Origin: a virus
Direction: 5' to 3' (one strand)
IMG/VR virus record: IMGVR_UViG_3300031920_000053
Span: 1-46,259 of that record
Length of the DNA: 46,259 bases
Positions 35,631-44,605 of the stretch are shown piece by piece. The notes below the pieces were generated by a model. The model made no database searches, was not told where the DNA came from, and saw only the letters and a program-made list of their open reading frames with translations. Within the stretch, counting starts at the first letter, position 1; every line of letters starts with the position of its first letter. Made by a program: the position numbers and the translations under genes.

Positions 35631-37862
35631 TTAGCCCTCCTGTTTAATTACTAAAGATTTCTTAACGTCAAAACAACCTGCATTTTTTAGTCTTGTTCGC
35701 ACGGCTGTATTGCCTATATTTAATTCTTTCATCATGTCAGCAACGGTTACGTTGTTACCCATACCGCGTTCACTAATCATTTCCCATGCGACTATACATT
35801 CATCATTTTTGTTTTGTCTAATATTATCAGCTATAGCGACTTTCTTTTCGCGAGAGGGTTCTTCGCCGTCAGCAAGGCAATCTTTTAAGAATTCAGTATC
35901 GTCTATCTGATGTATTGGATATTTAAAATAGCAATTCTTTGGTGGAAAGTTTGGAAATTCTCTAAGCGTTCCCTCGATTCTCCATCCGCTTGCTTGCTCT
36001 GCTTTCTTTGTTGCTTCTTGAATAATGTTTTCTAGTTTCTCATGCTTGTAATTGACTTGTATATGTTCAAGTAGCTTCTTCGATACAGTCGTATAGTCAG
36101 GCATGATTGAATCTCGCCAATTTTTACTTTTGATGTCCATATCTAAGCATACTGCTTCACATATCCATTGGTTAATCATTTGCTCGCGCTGTGTTTCGCT
36201 TATTAATAATTCGATAAAGTCAAGTGAAGCGTCAGGATCGCGCAGAAGAACTCCAGAACCACTTGACCTATCCATAGAGTTTTTAGATCCTTGACTTCCT
36301 TTTGAGTGATGATGGCAATATATAATTGAAGTATTAAGTTCAGTACATATTTTATCAAAGTGATTCAAAAATTTGCTCATTTGTTCAGCAGAGTTCTCGT
36401 CGCCTGTAATAACTTTGTATATTGGATCAATTATTATTGCTGAATAATTTCCTTTTGCAGCACGACGAATTAAACGTGGTGTCATTTTATCAAGAGTCTT
36501 TGACTTTCCTCGAAGATTCCATATAGTAATTTTATTTTTTCTTGTTCTTTCTATTTTTAATTCTTCATATACGTCTTTATATCTATTGATGAATGATGCT
36601 CCATCTAATTCTAAATTGACATATAATACATCCCCTTGTTCGCATTGCCAACCCATCCATTCTTTGCCTTCTCTTATTGCTATTGCAAGTTGAATTAAAG
36701 CAAGTGATTTTCCTGCTTTAGACGGGCCTGCGACCATCATCTTATGTCCGTGTCTTAATATGCCATGTACTTGTTCGTCTGCTAGTGGTGGAGGATCTTT
36801 TAATAAATCATCAAGATCTTCAAATTCTGGCATATCATCATTCTGTTCCGCTATCCAGTCTTTCCAGCTACTCCACGACTCTTTTCCAATGCTGGTATCA
36901 ATGAGTCGCTGTTTGTTTCCATTACGTTCTACACCTGGTAAGCGTGATAATCTGGAAGGGTTACGGTTCTGCCTGTCAATAGATAGCCCATTTTCTTTAC
37001 AGACTTGATAAAGGAAGTCAACACGTTGCTGATATTCTTTGTAGTTATCTGCATGAATTTTAACAATGGCATGAAGTGATTTATTTCCGCTGGTAACTAA
37101 GGCGATAATCGGAAGCTCCAGCTCTTTGTAGATAGCGTATTGCTTGTCAATGCTGAGGTCGTCTGATTCAACTAAGGCGTAGCGTAAGTCGGTTACGTTC
37201 TTATCATATACACCTTGGCCATCTAGCGGATTGAATCTTATCCATGCGCCTACTTCTTTAGTATAGTCCCCGATAGCATCTTCAATCTCTTTGCCTTTGT
37301 TTAAGTCCTTGAGATACTGCTTGACTTGAAAGGCGTATGCTCCCCTGTCTGGAAGTTGTTTTCTGTTTCCTTCATTGTCTGGATCAGAAGCAAAAGTCTT
37401 TGTAACTATTCCGACATAATCATCCGGCTCGAATAGAGTTTTCAAATAAGTCTTAAGGTCGTCCATGCCGTTCCAATCTTTCGGAGCTTCGGGAACTCTG
37501 TCTTCATGCAGCCACTCTTTACGGATAATTTTATTTTCACTTCCTATTCCATCATTAGAGATAGTATCATCCCATTTAAGTTCGCGGTGTTCGGTCTCTA
37601 TTGCTGGAGGAGTACCGCCATGCTTCTTGCAGATTTCGACTACTGAACCGACTCCAACTCCATCACGACCAAAGCTTTTCCACTTTTTTCCGCAATCATT
37701 GGCGCGGTAACGGCTATCAGATTTACTCCACGAATCCCATGCATCAACTGTTCCGCCATGATTCTTGACAGCCATGCCGACATTAAGCCAATCTTCATAC
37801 GAGAGAGATGCAGGGCTGATTTCGTTTAAGCAGGAAATTATATAGTCCAAATCGTTATTCAT
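35631..37862 (-). CDS. Primase-helicase, 743 aa. It has a PriCT-like N-terminus, an AEP prim-pol domain, a RecA-like (AAA_25/RepA-type) ATPase and a C-terminal HTH.
   Basis: The AEP motifs are LVESDD and SGNKSLHAIV. Walker A is GPSKAGKS. The C-terminus is VADMMKELNIGNTAVRTRLKNAG. Confidence 0.8.
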   Translation of the reverse strand: MNNDLDYIISCLNEISPASLSYEDWLNVGMAVKNHGGTVDAWDSWSKSDSRYRANDCGKKWKSFGRDGVGVGSVVEICKKHGGTPPAIETEHRELKWDDTISNDGIGSENKIIRKEWLHEDRVPEAPKDWNGMDDLKTYLKTLFEPDDYVGIVTKTFASDPDNEGNRKQLPDRGAYAFQVKQYLKDLNKGKEIEDAIGDYTKEVGAWIRFNPLDGQGVYDKNVTDLRYALVESDDLSIDKQYAIYKELELPIIALVTSGNKSLHAIVKIHADNYKEYQQRVDFLYQVCKENGLSIDRQNRNPSRLSRLPGVERNGNKQRLIDTSIGKESWSSWKDWIAEQNDDMPEFEDLDDLLKDPPPLADEQVHGILRHGHKMMVAGPSKAGKSLALIQLAIAIREGKEWMGWQCEQGDVLYVNLELDGASFINRYKDVYEELKIERTRKNKITIWNLRGKSKTLDKMTPRLIRRAAKGNYSAIIIDPIYKVITGDENSAEQMSKFLNHFDKICTELNTSIIYCHHHSKGSQGSKNSMDRSSGSGVLLRDPDASLDFIELLISETQREQMINQWICEAVCLDMDIKSKNWRDSIMPDYTTVSKKLLEHIQVNYKHEKLENIIQEATKKAEQASGWRIEGTLREFPNFPPKNCYFKYPIHQIDDTEFLKDCLADGEEPSREKKVAIADNIRQNKNDECIVAWEMISERGMGNNVTVADMMKELNIGNTAVRTRLKNAGCFDVKKSLVIKQEG

Positions 37863-38007
37863 TTTTGCTCCTGTCTGGTTTACTTACCTTGTAGGTTTTG
37901 CGCTCGGCAAATTCCGCCTTCTTTCCTTTGTTCCAGTCCGCAACCGGGCGAAAATAGCCGACTATCCTTGAATACACCTCTGTAACTTGTCCGCATTTAG
38001 GCATCAT
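37855..38007 (-). CDS. Stand-alone NrdD C-terminal (glycyl-radical loop) mini-protein, 50 aa.
   Basis: MMPKCGQVTEVYSRIVGYFRPVADWNKGKKAEFAERKTY matches the class III RNR C-terminus (CPxCG...R[IV]xGY...N.GK..E...R). A GGAG lies 6 nt upstream of the ATG ATG at 38007. The gene overlaps both neighbours. The track ORF extends to 38079. Confidence 0.7.
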   Translation of the reverse strand: MMPKCGQVTEVYSRIVGYFRPVADWNKGKKAEFAERKTYKVSKPDRSKNE

Positions 38008-38554
38008 TTTGACTCCATAAAGCTTTTCCTCTTGTATTTCTTGGAATATAGCTGGAGTGCATCTTTCTTGCCATATCATCTAATGCCGATTCCCATATCT
38101 TTCCACCAACTGAATTTGGATAATAAGGACAATGCTCATTAGTTATTTCTTGTTTTGCGTTATCGACTTCTTCATTGGTTACTTCTTCTTGCGTGTTGAT
38201 ATATTCATTCCAGTGATTCCATATAAGCTGATAGCAACGTTCGGTCGTTTTTGTTTCATCTTCTGATATTTCTTTTACTTCTGTTTCAGCAAAAGCTAAC
38301 ACATACCAAGGTGGTACAACTTTATTGCAATCGTCTTTTGTTATTGCGCTTTGGAAGATAAATTTTGCTTTTGTTATGTCGTTTTCTGGATCAAAAAATT
38401 CATCTTCAATTAAGATTATTTCGTATATCCCTGTGTTCCTAAAGAGAAATGCCTTACCGCAGAATGTACCCATAAACAACGTTAGCTTTTCTGCGTCCAT
38501 TCCATGCGTTAATTTCTTCCAATCCCTCCTTGCTTGCTGTAGTGTTGTTTTCAT
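37997..38554 (-). CDS. Hypothetical protein, 185 aa.
   Basis: Track ORF with AAGGTGA upstream. Confidence 0.6.
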   Translation of the reverse strand: MKTTLQQARRDWKKLTHGMDAEKLTLFMGTFCGKAFLFRNTGIYEIILIEDEFFDPENDITKAKFIFQSAITKDDCNKVVPPWYVLAFAETEVKEISEDETKTTERCYQLIWNHWNEYINTQEEVTNEEVDNAKQEITNEHCPYYPNSVGGKIWESALDDMARKMHSSYIPRNTRGKALWSQNDA

Positions 38555-38563
38555 AATATCACC

Positions 38564-38773
38564 TTACCTCGCTAGTTGTTTTATTCCGTCTACCCATTCA
38601 TGCTTTTCGTTCATTACGCCATACCGGAAGTTTTCCTGTTTCTGGTATTGTATTCCAGCATCAACGCCTTTGCTGTAAGCTTTGTCGTACTTAATTCTAC
38701 CCTCTCTAATTGTAAGCATTATTGCGATTATGGCTACGACAATAACAATCTTTAATTTTGTTTCTGTTTTCAT
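38564..38773 (-). CDS. Small N-terminally membrane-anchored protein, 69 aa.
   Basis: The TM segment is LKIVIVVAIIAIMLTI. Confidence 0.55.
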   Translation of the reverse strand: MKTETKLKIVIVVAIIAIMLTIREGRIKYDKAYSKGVDAGIQYQKQENFRYGVMNEKHEWVDGIKQLAR

Positions 38774-39045
38774 GCTTGCATCCTCGCTACTGATTTTTTG
38801 AATTTACGACGGAGCGTATCTCCGCAGTTAAACATGCCGTTTGTCTTGTTAAGCTCTTCGGCTATGTGATTCGCAGCCAGAGGTCTTCCGTTGATACATT
38901 CACGAACAGCTCGACGGTGCATACGACGGCTGGTTCCGTGTGCCGTATGCTTGTACTTCTTGAACTTCGGCACGGCTGTGCGTTCGAGCGGAGTTTCTTC
39001 TTTGCTGCCGAATAGCCAGTTCCAGAATCTTTTAAAGATTTTCAT
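38770..39045 (-). CDS. Basic hypothetical protein, 91 aa.
   Basis: Track ORF with AAAGGAGAAAAG upstream. Confidence 0.55.
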   Translation of the reverse strand: MKIFKRFWNWLFGSKEETPLERTAVPKFKKYKHTAHGTSRRMHRRAVRECINGRPLAANHIAEELNKTNGMFNCGDTLRRKFKKSVARMQA

Positions 39046-39233
39046 TACTTTTCTCCTTTATTTTTACTTTGTGCTTCATTCCATCCATCTTTATATTCGC
39101 CATATGCATAGCTTCCTTCATGTAGTTCACTTAAATCCCCATCGTGTGGGTTAAATGAATCACTATAAAGACCCTCGTCATATCCCATTTTCCAATAGTC
39201 TGATTTACTATTATATTCACGAACTGTTGTCAT
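39045..39233 (-). CDS. Small acidic protein, 62 aa.
   Basis: Track ORF with AAAGGAGAA upstream. Confidence 0.55.
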   Translation of the reverse strand: MTTVREYNSKSDYWKMGYDEGLYSDSFNPHDGDLSELHEGSYAYGEYKDGWNEAQSKNKGEK

Positions 39234-39234
39234 T

Positions 39235-39585
39235 TCATTCTCCTTTGGTTGATATTGCTTTTGATATTTTAGCTAATTGTTCTTCGGATAATTTTAGTTG
39301 ACACATGCCCGATTCTCTAAAACTATGCAGATACCAGCTTTCAAAGATGTTTTCTTTCATTGGTTCTGCGTTCTTTCCGGCTTCGTATAGCTCTTTTATT
39401 TTTTCCTTTGTAGTTTTGCGAATTGAAACGAATACTTGTGCTCTGATCTTTCCTAATATAACTTGGCAATCAATTCCGTCAAATTCTATTTCGTAATTTC
39501 TATTGCCTAACATAATAAATGAGTTGACTATCTTAAACTCTCCGCTAATTATTCTTTCGGCAATGATGTTGTCTATTGTTTTCAA
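39235..39585 (-). CDS. Hypothetical protein, 116 aa, with a TTG start as given in the track.
   Basis: An AAGGAGAGG lies 4 nt upstream of the TTG. The start is uncertain. Confidence 0.5.
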   Translation of the reverse strand: MKTIDNIIAERIISGEFKIVNSFIMLGNRNYEIEFDGIDCQVILGKIRAQVFVSIRKTTKEKIKELYEAGKNAEPMKENIFESWYLHSFRESGMCQLKLSEEQLAKISKAISTKGE

Positions 39586-39803
39586 GTTGCCTCTCCTTGT
39601 TTATGGTATTTTTTCCATTTTACTTTTGGCAATGGAGTTCTAATATGTGCTTTGTTATCTTCTGGATTACATTCTTTAAACTGAATGTCATTTAAAATAT
39701 CATTAGGCTCATTAATTTTTTCAATAATATATTTAATTTTTTCTTGATCGACTTTATGAAAAATGCAATATATCCAGCTATAAATATTTCTAAATAATCT
39801 CAT
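39582..39803 (-). CDS. Hypothetical protein, 73 aa.
   Basis: The start was moved to the ATG at 39803, preceded by AAAGGAGAAG, which lies 10 nt after the helicase stop. Confidence 0.5.
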   Translation of the reverse strand: MRLFRNIYSWIYCIFHKVDQEKIKYIIEKINEPNDILNDIQFKECNPEDNKAHIRTPLPKVKWKKYHKQGEAT

Positions 39804-39813
39804 AACTTCTCCT

Positions 39814-41400
39814 TTACTTTGGTTTATAAGTTTCTGCATCTACTCCGTTTGGAACATTCCATTTATTCATGGCTATCCGAGCAATCATATTCTTGCCTTG
39901 ATCGAATGTCCATTGTCCTACGTTTTGGAATCCTTTTTGCTCAAGCTTCCTGATTTGTAGTGGTGTACTCAATCCGCTTTCTCTCCTTTTTTTAATAGTT
40001 CCAATTATAGTTGAAGCGTGTCCTTGACATGTTACTGATAACGGATTGATTCCATTATTCTCTATGTAAGAGAGTTGCGCGTCGCTTGCTGGTATCTGCT
40101 CTCGTAAATTCATTGCATCTGGTTCGTAGTCCTTAGCTTTATCTTCTATGCTGTGCTCGTATTGGAGAACGTCAACAAGCTTGTTCTTCTTATCCTTCTG
40201 CGCCTCAAGCTCTTTGCGTAATGATTCCTCACGTTCCTCGATAGCATTATTTTCAATAGGTGCAAGGTCTGATAGTAAATCAATGTCAACGCTGGTATTC
40301 TCAGCAAGTATCTCAGAGACACGTCCGACTATATCATCGTTCTCACATATTAGATGTGCCGGACGGCAAAGGTCGTGTTTATTTGTATGCCACAAGAAGT
40401 CCAATATCAACAAGTGGTCTTTGCCTGGATGTATACGAGTTCCGCGCCCAATCATTTGCGTGTACAACATTCTAATCTTAGTCGGTCTAAGCACAATTAT
40501 GCAATCTATTGACGGGCAATTATAACCTTCAGTATACAGCATAGAATTGCATAATACTTTATATTTATCATTCTCAAAATCTTTTCTTTTCTGATGGCGG
40601 TCAGGACTTTCGCCGTTTATTTCTACCGCTGGCAATCCTTTCTTGTTTAGTATCTCACAAAACTTTTGGCTAGTAGCTATTAGAGGAAGGAATACCATTG
40701 TCTTACGGTCCGAACAATGAGTAACCATTTCGTTAGCTATTTCTTCAAGATATGGGTCAAGGGCAGAACCCAATGCGGCGGCTTGATAATCTCCGGCTTG
40801 AGTCTTGACACCTGAAAGTTCTATTTTTAGTGGTAATGTTCTTGCCTTAATTGGAACAAGAAATCCGTCTTTAATTGCTTGGAGTAGGCTGTATTGATAA
40901 GCGATAGTATCGAATACTTCGCCGAGATTTCGTTTATCACCTCTATCTGCCGTCGCTGTAACTCCTAAAATTTTTGCATCTGGAAAGTAATTTAATATTC
41001 TGCGGTATGACTGAGCCAGAATTCTATGAGATTCATCGATTATGATATGTGTAAAATAATCTGGTGTGAATTTGTCCAGCCTTTTTTCTGACTGCAAAGA
41101 CTGAACAGATCCAGTAACTACATTAAACCAACTACCAATACAGCAGCTATCAGCTTTTTCCAGAGCGCACTTGAGTCCAGTAACGGCTTCAATTTCATCT
41201 GATGCCTGCTGGAGAAGTTCTTCTCTATGTGCAAGGACAAGGACTCTTGCGCTTTCACCGACAACCGTTTCGATTATCTTGGCGAATAAAAACGTCTTGC
41301 CTGTGCCTGTGGGAAGCACAGCAAGTGTTGCCTGTGTTCCCAACGCCCACGTTTCAAGGACTGCCTTAATAGCTTCTGTCTGGTAGTATCTTGGTTTCAT
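39814..41400 (-). CDS. SF2 (DEAD/DExH) helicase, 528 aa.
   Basis: It starts MKPRYYQTEAI, has Walker A PTGTGKT and motif II IIDESHR. The start is the ATG at 41400, with AGGA upstream. The 597-aa track ORF is an N-terminal over-extension. Confidence 0.8.
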   Translation of the reverse strand: MKPRYYQTEAIKAVLETWALGTQATLAVLPTGTGKTFLFAKIIETVVGESARVLVLAHREELLQQASDEIEAVTGLKCALEKADSCCIGSWFNVVTGSVQSLQSEKRLDKFTPDYFTHIIIDESHRILAQSYRRILNYFPDAKILGVTATADRGDKRNLGEVFDTIAYQYSLLQAIKDGFLVPIKARTLPLKIELSGVKTQAGDYQAAALGSALDPYLEEIANEMVTHCSDRKTMVFLPLIATSQKFCEILNKKGLPAVEINGESPDRHQKRKDFENDKYKVLCNSMLYTEGYNCPSIDCIIVLRPTKIRMLYTQMIGRGTRIHPGKDHLLILDFLWHTNKHDLCRPAHLICENDDIVGRVSEILAENTSVDIDLLSDLAPIENNAIEEREESLRKELEAQKDKKNKLVDVLQYEHSIEDKAKDYEPDAMNLREQIPASDAQLSYIENNGINPLSVTCQGHASTIIGTIKKRRESGLSTPLQIRKLEQKGFQNVGQWTFDQGKNMIARIAMNKWNVPNGVDAETYKPK

Positions 41401-41401
41401 T

Positions 41402-41566
41402 TTAGTCCTGTTTTTGGAATTCGTTATTAAATGACACGAATACAGATGAAGTAGAATCATTTTCATAAAAAGCATAAATCCATCCACCAGCAACCCTTGT
41501 AATAAAAACATTGCTTGATGTGTTTGCTTCTTCATGCAGTTCCATATTGTAAATATTTTTTTCCAT
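41402..41566 (-). CDS. Small protein, 54 aa, with a VAGGWIY motif.
   Basis: A GGAGAAG lies 5 nt upstream of the ATG. Translation is MEKNIYNMELHEEANTSSNVFITRVAGGWIYAFYENDSTSSVFVSFNNEFQKQD. The stop sits just before the helicase ATG. Confidence 0.55.
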   Translation of the reverse strand: MEKNIYNMELHEEANTSSNVFITRVAGGWIYAFYENDSTSSVFVSFNNEFQKQD

Positions 41567-41575
41567 TTTACTTCT

Positions 41576-41603
41576 CCAAAACTGCAGGGGAGACTAGCTC
41601 CCC
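41576..41603 (-). terminator. Hairpin after the DUF669 gene (weak terminator or attenuator).
   Basis: On the minus strand, GGGGAG / ctagt / CTCCCC is followed by TGCAGTTTT. The T run is only 4 nt and is offset from the stem. Confidence 0.3.
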
Positions 41604-41609
41604 ACATTG

Positions 41610-42089
41610 TTATTGTTTAGCCCAACCAGCTTTTGCTGGAGCTTCTTCTTCTTTTGGCGGAAATGTAGTATCGACGGGATCGAGGAATTCAACCTGATTT
41701 GATTCCATTTCTGTGCCATCGTCCTTTTTCCATTTGCGGGTAGTAACCTTGCATTGTCCAGTTGATGCCGGAACGTCATTCCATTTCATTACTAGCGGTT
41801 CGCCGTGTTTCTTTTGACCGATTGCTCGGAAGAATTTACACAGTAACCATTCCATCTTACTGTGAAGCTTCAGGTTTTCGGTTACTTCTCCGGCTGGCTC
41901 TCCGTCTTTAATCAGGCGCAAAGTTACAGTCGCTTGTGGACATGGATCGATTTTTCCTCCGCCGTTGTATTTGCCACGTTCAACTTTGAGAACTTCAAAG
42001 TCATATTCTCCGGTAGGGATAAGAACAAACGCGTCTTCTTTTTCGATTTTGTCATCCCACTCTAATACTTTACCTTTGTCTTCACTCAT
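41610..42089 (-). CDS. DUF669-family protein, 159 aa (SSB-like partner of Sak4-type recombinases).
   Basis: It contains AFVLIPTGEYDFEVLKVERGK...ATVTLRL and sits directly downstream of the AAA_24 ATPase. Confidence 0.65.
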   Translation of the reverse strand: MSEDKGKVLEWDDKIEKEDAFVLIPTGEYDFEVLKVERGKYNGGGKIDPCPQATVTLRLIKDGEPAGEVTENLKLHSKMEWLLCKFFRAIGQKKHGEPLVMKWNDVPASTGQCKVTTRKWKKDDGTEMESNQVEFLDPVDTTFPPKEEEAPAKAGWAKQ

Positions 42090-42092
42090 TTT

Positions 42093-43301
42093 TTACTCTC
42101 CTTTGATTGACTGGACTACATCAGCCCAATTTGTTGTTAATATTTTGATAAGGCTTTCAGGGTACTCAGAATAAGGACCCGAACCCATCTCGTTTGATTC
42201 GACTTCCGCTTGTAGCTGTTCTGGAGTAATTCCAGCTTCTTCAAACAACTCGTCAAGCGGCGAAGCGTTTGGTTCAACTGCTTCACCTTCTTCGATTCTG
42301 CCTTCTTCTTTCATTACTTCATCCATTTCAAGAACGTTTACGTCCCAACTACCTACAAGCTGTGTCAGGGTTGCTTTATTGAATAACTTGTATGACGTTC
42401 CGGCCGGACATACGCCCTTGCTTACTATGAATGCTTCTACGGCTGCCGGAGTTATTCCAGCCATTTCCATTAGCGTCTCAAGCTCTTGGAGTTTGCCCGT
42501 TGGCTTTGTTTCTTTTTTTACTTTTTCGGTAACTTCAGCTTTTTTCATTGCTTCTTTTGCTGGAGTAGCTTGCTTCTTGGCTGCTCCTTTCATCTGCCCG
42601 AATATGTGAGCTATAGATTTTATTTCCATTGGCAACTCGTCTTTCAGTCCGAAGCGATTCTTTGCATCCCATGACGCATGATGAGTAGTATACAAAGTGC
42701 GCTTCTGTCCGTGAGCTTTTGCTTTTTTCATCTCGTCTGTTTCAACAAGAGTTTTGTAGTTCGCAAGAAGCAAAGCATCAGGCCATTCTTTTAAAATAGC
42801 ATTTCCTTTTTTTGACAGCTTCATTGTGTAGCGGTCATAGCTTCCCTGCTCTTGCGGTTGTTCAAATTTCTTCAATTCTGAATGAGCCAAAAGAACAACA
42901 TCCATTGGTAATTCATTCAGCTTATCAAGAAACTTAGCCCATGTTTCTTCAACCATAGTATAGCCTTTGCCATAGCCAAAGTCTTCAATGCTATTGATTT
43001 TATCTCCAGCAGAATCAATTATATGGCGAAGTATAAGCTTTTCCATCCAGTCGGCAGTATCAATAACAAGAGTTTTATATCCAACTTGATCTGCTTTTAG
43101 GTTTGCGATTAATTGCAATATTTCCGAATGTGTCTTAGGGCTGACGCGATCAACTTTAAGTTGATTAGTGCCGCCCTCAACATCTACAAATAAGGGTTTT
43201 GGAAGTTTACTGGCAAGAGTTGATTTGCCAATTCCCTCAACGCCATATATTACAGCCTTGGTGTATGAAGGCTGTATTCCTGTTGTTATTTTGAGGCCCA
43301 T
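42093..43301 (-). CDS. AAA_24 (Sak4-like, RecA-related) ATPase with an extended C-terminal region, 402 aa.
   Basis: It contains KAVIYGVEGIGKSTLASKLPKPLFVDVEGGT and LVIDT. Confidence 0.75.
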   Translation of the reverse strand: MGLKITTGIQPSYTKAVIYGVEGIGKSTLASKLPKPLFVDVEGGTNQLKVDRVSPKTHSEILQLIANLKADQVGYKTLVIDTADWMEKLILRHIIDSAGDKINSIEDFGYGKGYTMVEETWAKFLDKLNELPMDVVLLAHSELKKFEQPQEQGSYDRYTMKLSKKGNAILKEWPDALLLANYKTLVETDEMKKAKAHGQKRTLYTTHHASWDAKNRFGLKDELPMEIKSIAHIFGQMKGAAKKQATPAKEAMKKAEVTEKVKKETKPTGKLQELETLMEMAGITPAAVEAFIVSKGVCPAGTSYKLFNKATLTQLVGSWDVNVLEMDEVMKEEGRIEEGEAVEPNASPLDELFEEAGITPEQLQAEVESNEMGSGPYSEYPESLIKILTTNWADVVQSIKGE

Positions 43302-44605
43302 TTTGCCTTCTCCTTTTTTGGTTGTTCTTTTATTGTTGTAGTATCAGATTTTATTCTGCCATCTTCAATGATAATAGAGCAGTCTTCCGTACCGACGCGA
43401 GTTCCGATTGCCTGAAGGTCCTCATTCTCCAGCCATTTTTTTAGTTGAATTAAACTTTCGTGATCGAATGACTCAAGGCCGTCAAGCAGAATAAATCCAC
43501 ATTCAGGATTGAGCGACTTGACTATTGAAGTGCCAACGCGAATTTGTTCCATGCCGGACATGCAGTCCCAAGCTTTGCCGTTGTAAGTAATTCTATACTT
43601 GCCTGCTTCGTCCTTATCGACTGATAGCCCCGGAAGTGGCAGGTTTGCTTTCTCAAGCAATGCAGTGCGCTCTGCGCGTATCTCGTTGACGGCTGATTGT
43701 TTCTTATCGGCAATGCTCTTAAGCTCTCTGGCTTCGTCTAAAGCGTGTTCCTTATCGTGATTAGCGCGGACTTCAGCATTGGTATCGTCAATAGTGCTTA
43801 GTTGCTGTTGGAGTTCTTCTGTTGATTCGTCTTCGATATTCTCGGCAGATTTCTCTGCAATTTCAGAATTAACAACAGCTTTTTTCAATATCTCCATTTC
43901 TTTATCTAATGCTTCTTGTAGTTCGCCAACTTTTTTGCTAGCACGCATTTTTTCCGTTAAACATAAGTCGCGATTATTCCGCAACTCCTGATTCTTTTCG
44001 TTCTTAAGTATAATCGCTTGAGATTTCTTCAGAAGCTCCGCCGCATTGATCTGCTCTTTAGGTGCATCTGGATAGTGAATAAGCTCGTTAGCATATTTAT
44101 CCTTGCTTTCATAATCGCGGTTCGCGTCGTATCGAGAATCAGTTGCTTTGTTTTCGCGGAGTTCTATGTCCTGAAGCTCCGATTCAATTCCTAAAGTATT
44201 CAGCAAGGTTTTACACTTATCGGCGTCATTCATTTTGAGAAATTTCGGCAGATTAATTGCGAGTTCCTCAATGAAGCTGTCAAGCAATGCCTGTCCAGAC
44301 TTAGCTCCAGATGGATCAGTTACTTTGAGTTCTGCATTCTTGCCTTTGCGTTCAACAGTTAGCCCATTAGATAAAGTCGCTTTCATGTAAGCATTTGCGT
44401 GAGTACCTTCTTTCTGTAGATTGGTCGGACGGTATTTTTTCCCACCAAAGATATATGCGATTATATCAAGGATAGTAGACTTCCCTTGTTGATTTGCTCC
44501 GCCAATAAGAGTTAATCCTTTTGGGGTTACCTCCATCTTAACAAGAGAAACACGTTTGCAGTTCTCAAGTTCGAGTGATACTAATTTTATTTTTTCTTTA
44601 CTCAT
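43286..44605 (-). CDS. SMC/Rad50/RecF-like (AAA_23-type) ATPase with a coiled-coil insert, 439 aa.
   Basis: Walker A is GGANQQGKST. A central coiled coil follows. The signature-like motif is SGMEQ, and Walker B is FILLDGLE. Confidence 0.7.
   Translation of the reverse strand: MSKEKIKLVSLELENCKRVSLVKMEVTPKGLTLIGGANQQGKSTILDIIAYIFGGKKYRPTNLQKEGTHANAYMKATLSNGLTVERKGKNAELKVTDPSGAKSGQALLDSFIEELAINLPKFLKMNDADKCKTLLNTLGIESELQDIELRENKATDSRYDANRDYESKDKYANELIHYPDAPKEQINAAELLKKSQAIILKNEKNQELRNNRDLCLTEKMRASKKVGELQEALDKEMEILKKAVVNSEIAEKSAENIEDESTEELQQQLSTIDDTNAEVRANHDKEHALDEARELKSIADKKQSAVNEIRAERTALLEKANLPLPGLSVDKDEAGKYRITYNGKAWDCMSGMEQIRVGTSIVKSLNPECGFILLDGLESFDHESLIQLKKWLENEDLQAIGTRVGTEDCSIIIEDGRIKSDTTTIKEQPKKEKAKWASK

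Noticed and set aside
37997-38079. A possible frameshift fusion of the 185-aa ORF to the NrdD-like ORF (83-nt overlap in the track).
   Set aside because: There is no slippery sequence at the overlap. The internal ATG ATG at 38007 has its own GGAG SD and gives normal translational coupling, so two separate genes is the simpler reading.
41401-41607. The N-terminal 69 aa of the 597-aa track ORF (helicase).
   Set aside because: This stretch is Cys/Phe/Leu-rich junk with no SD. The helicase motifs begin right after the internal ATG at 41400, which has an SD. The region instead holds a separate 54-aa ORF in another frame and a hairpin.
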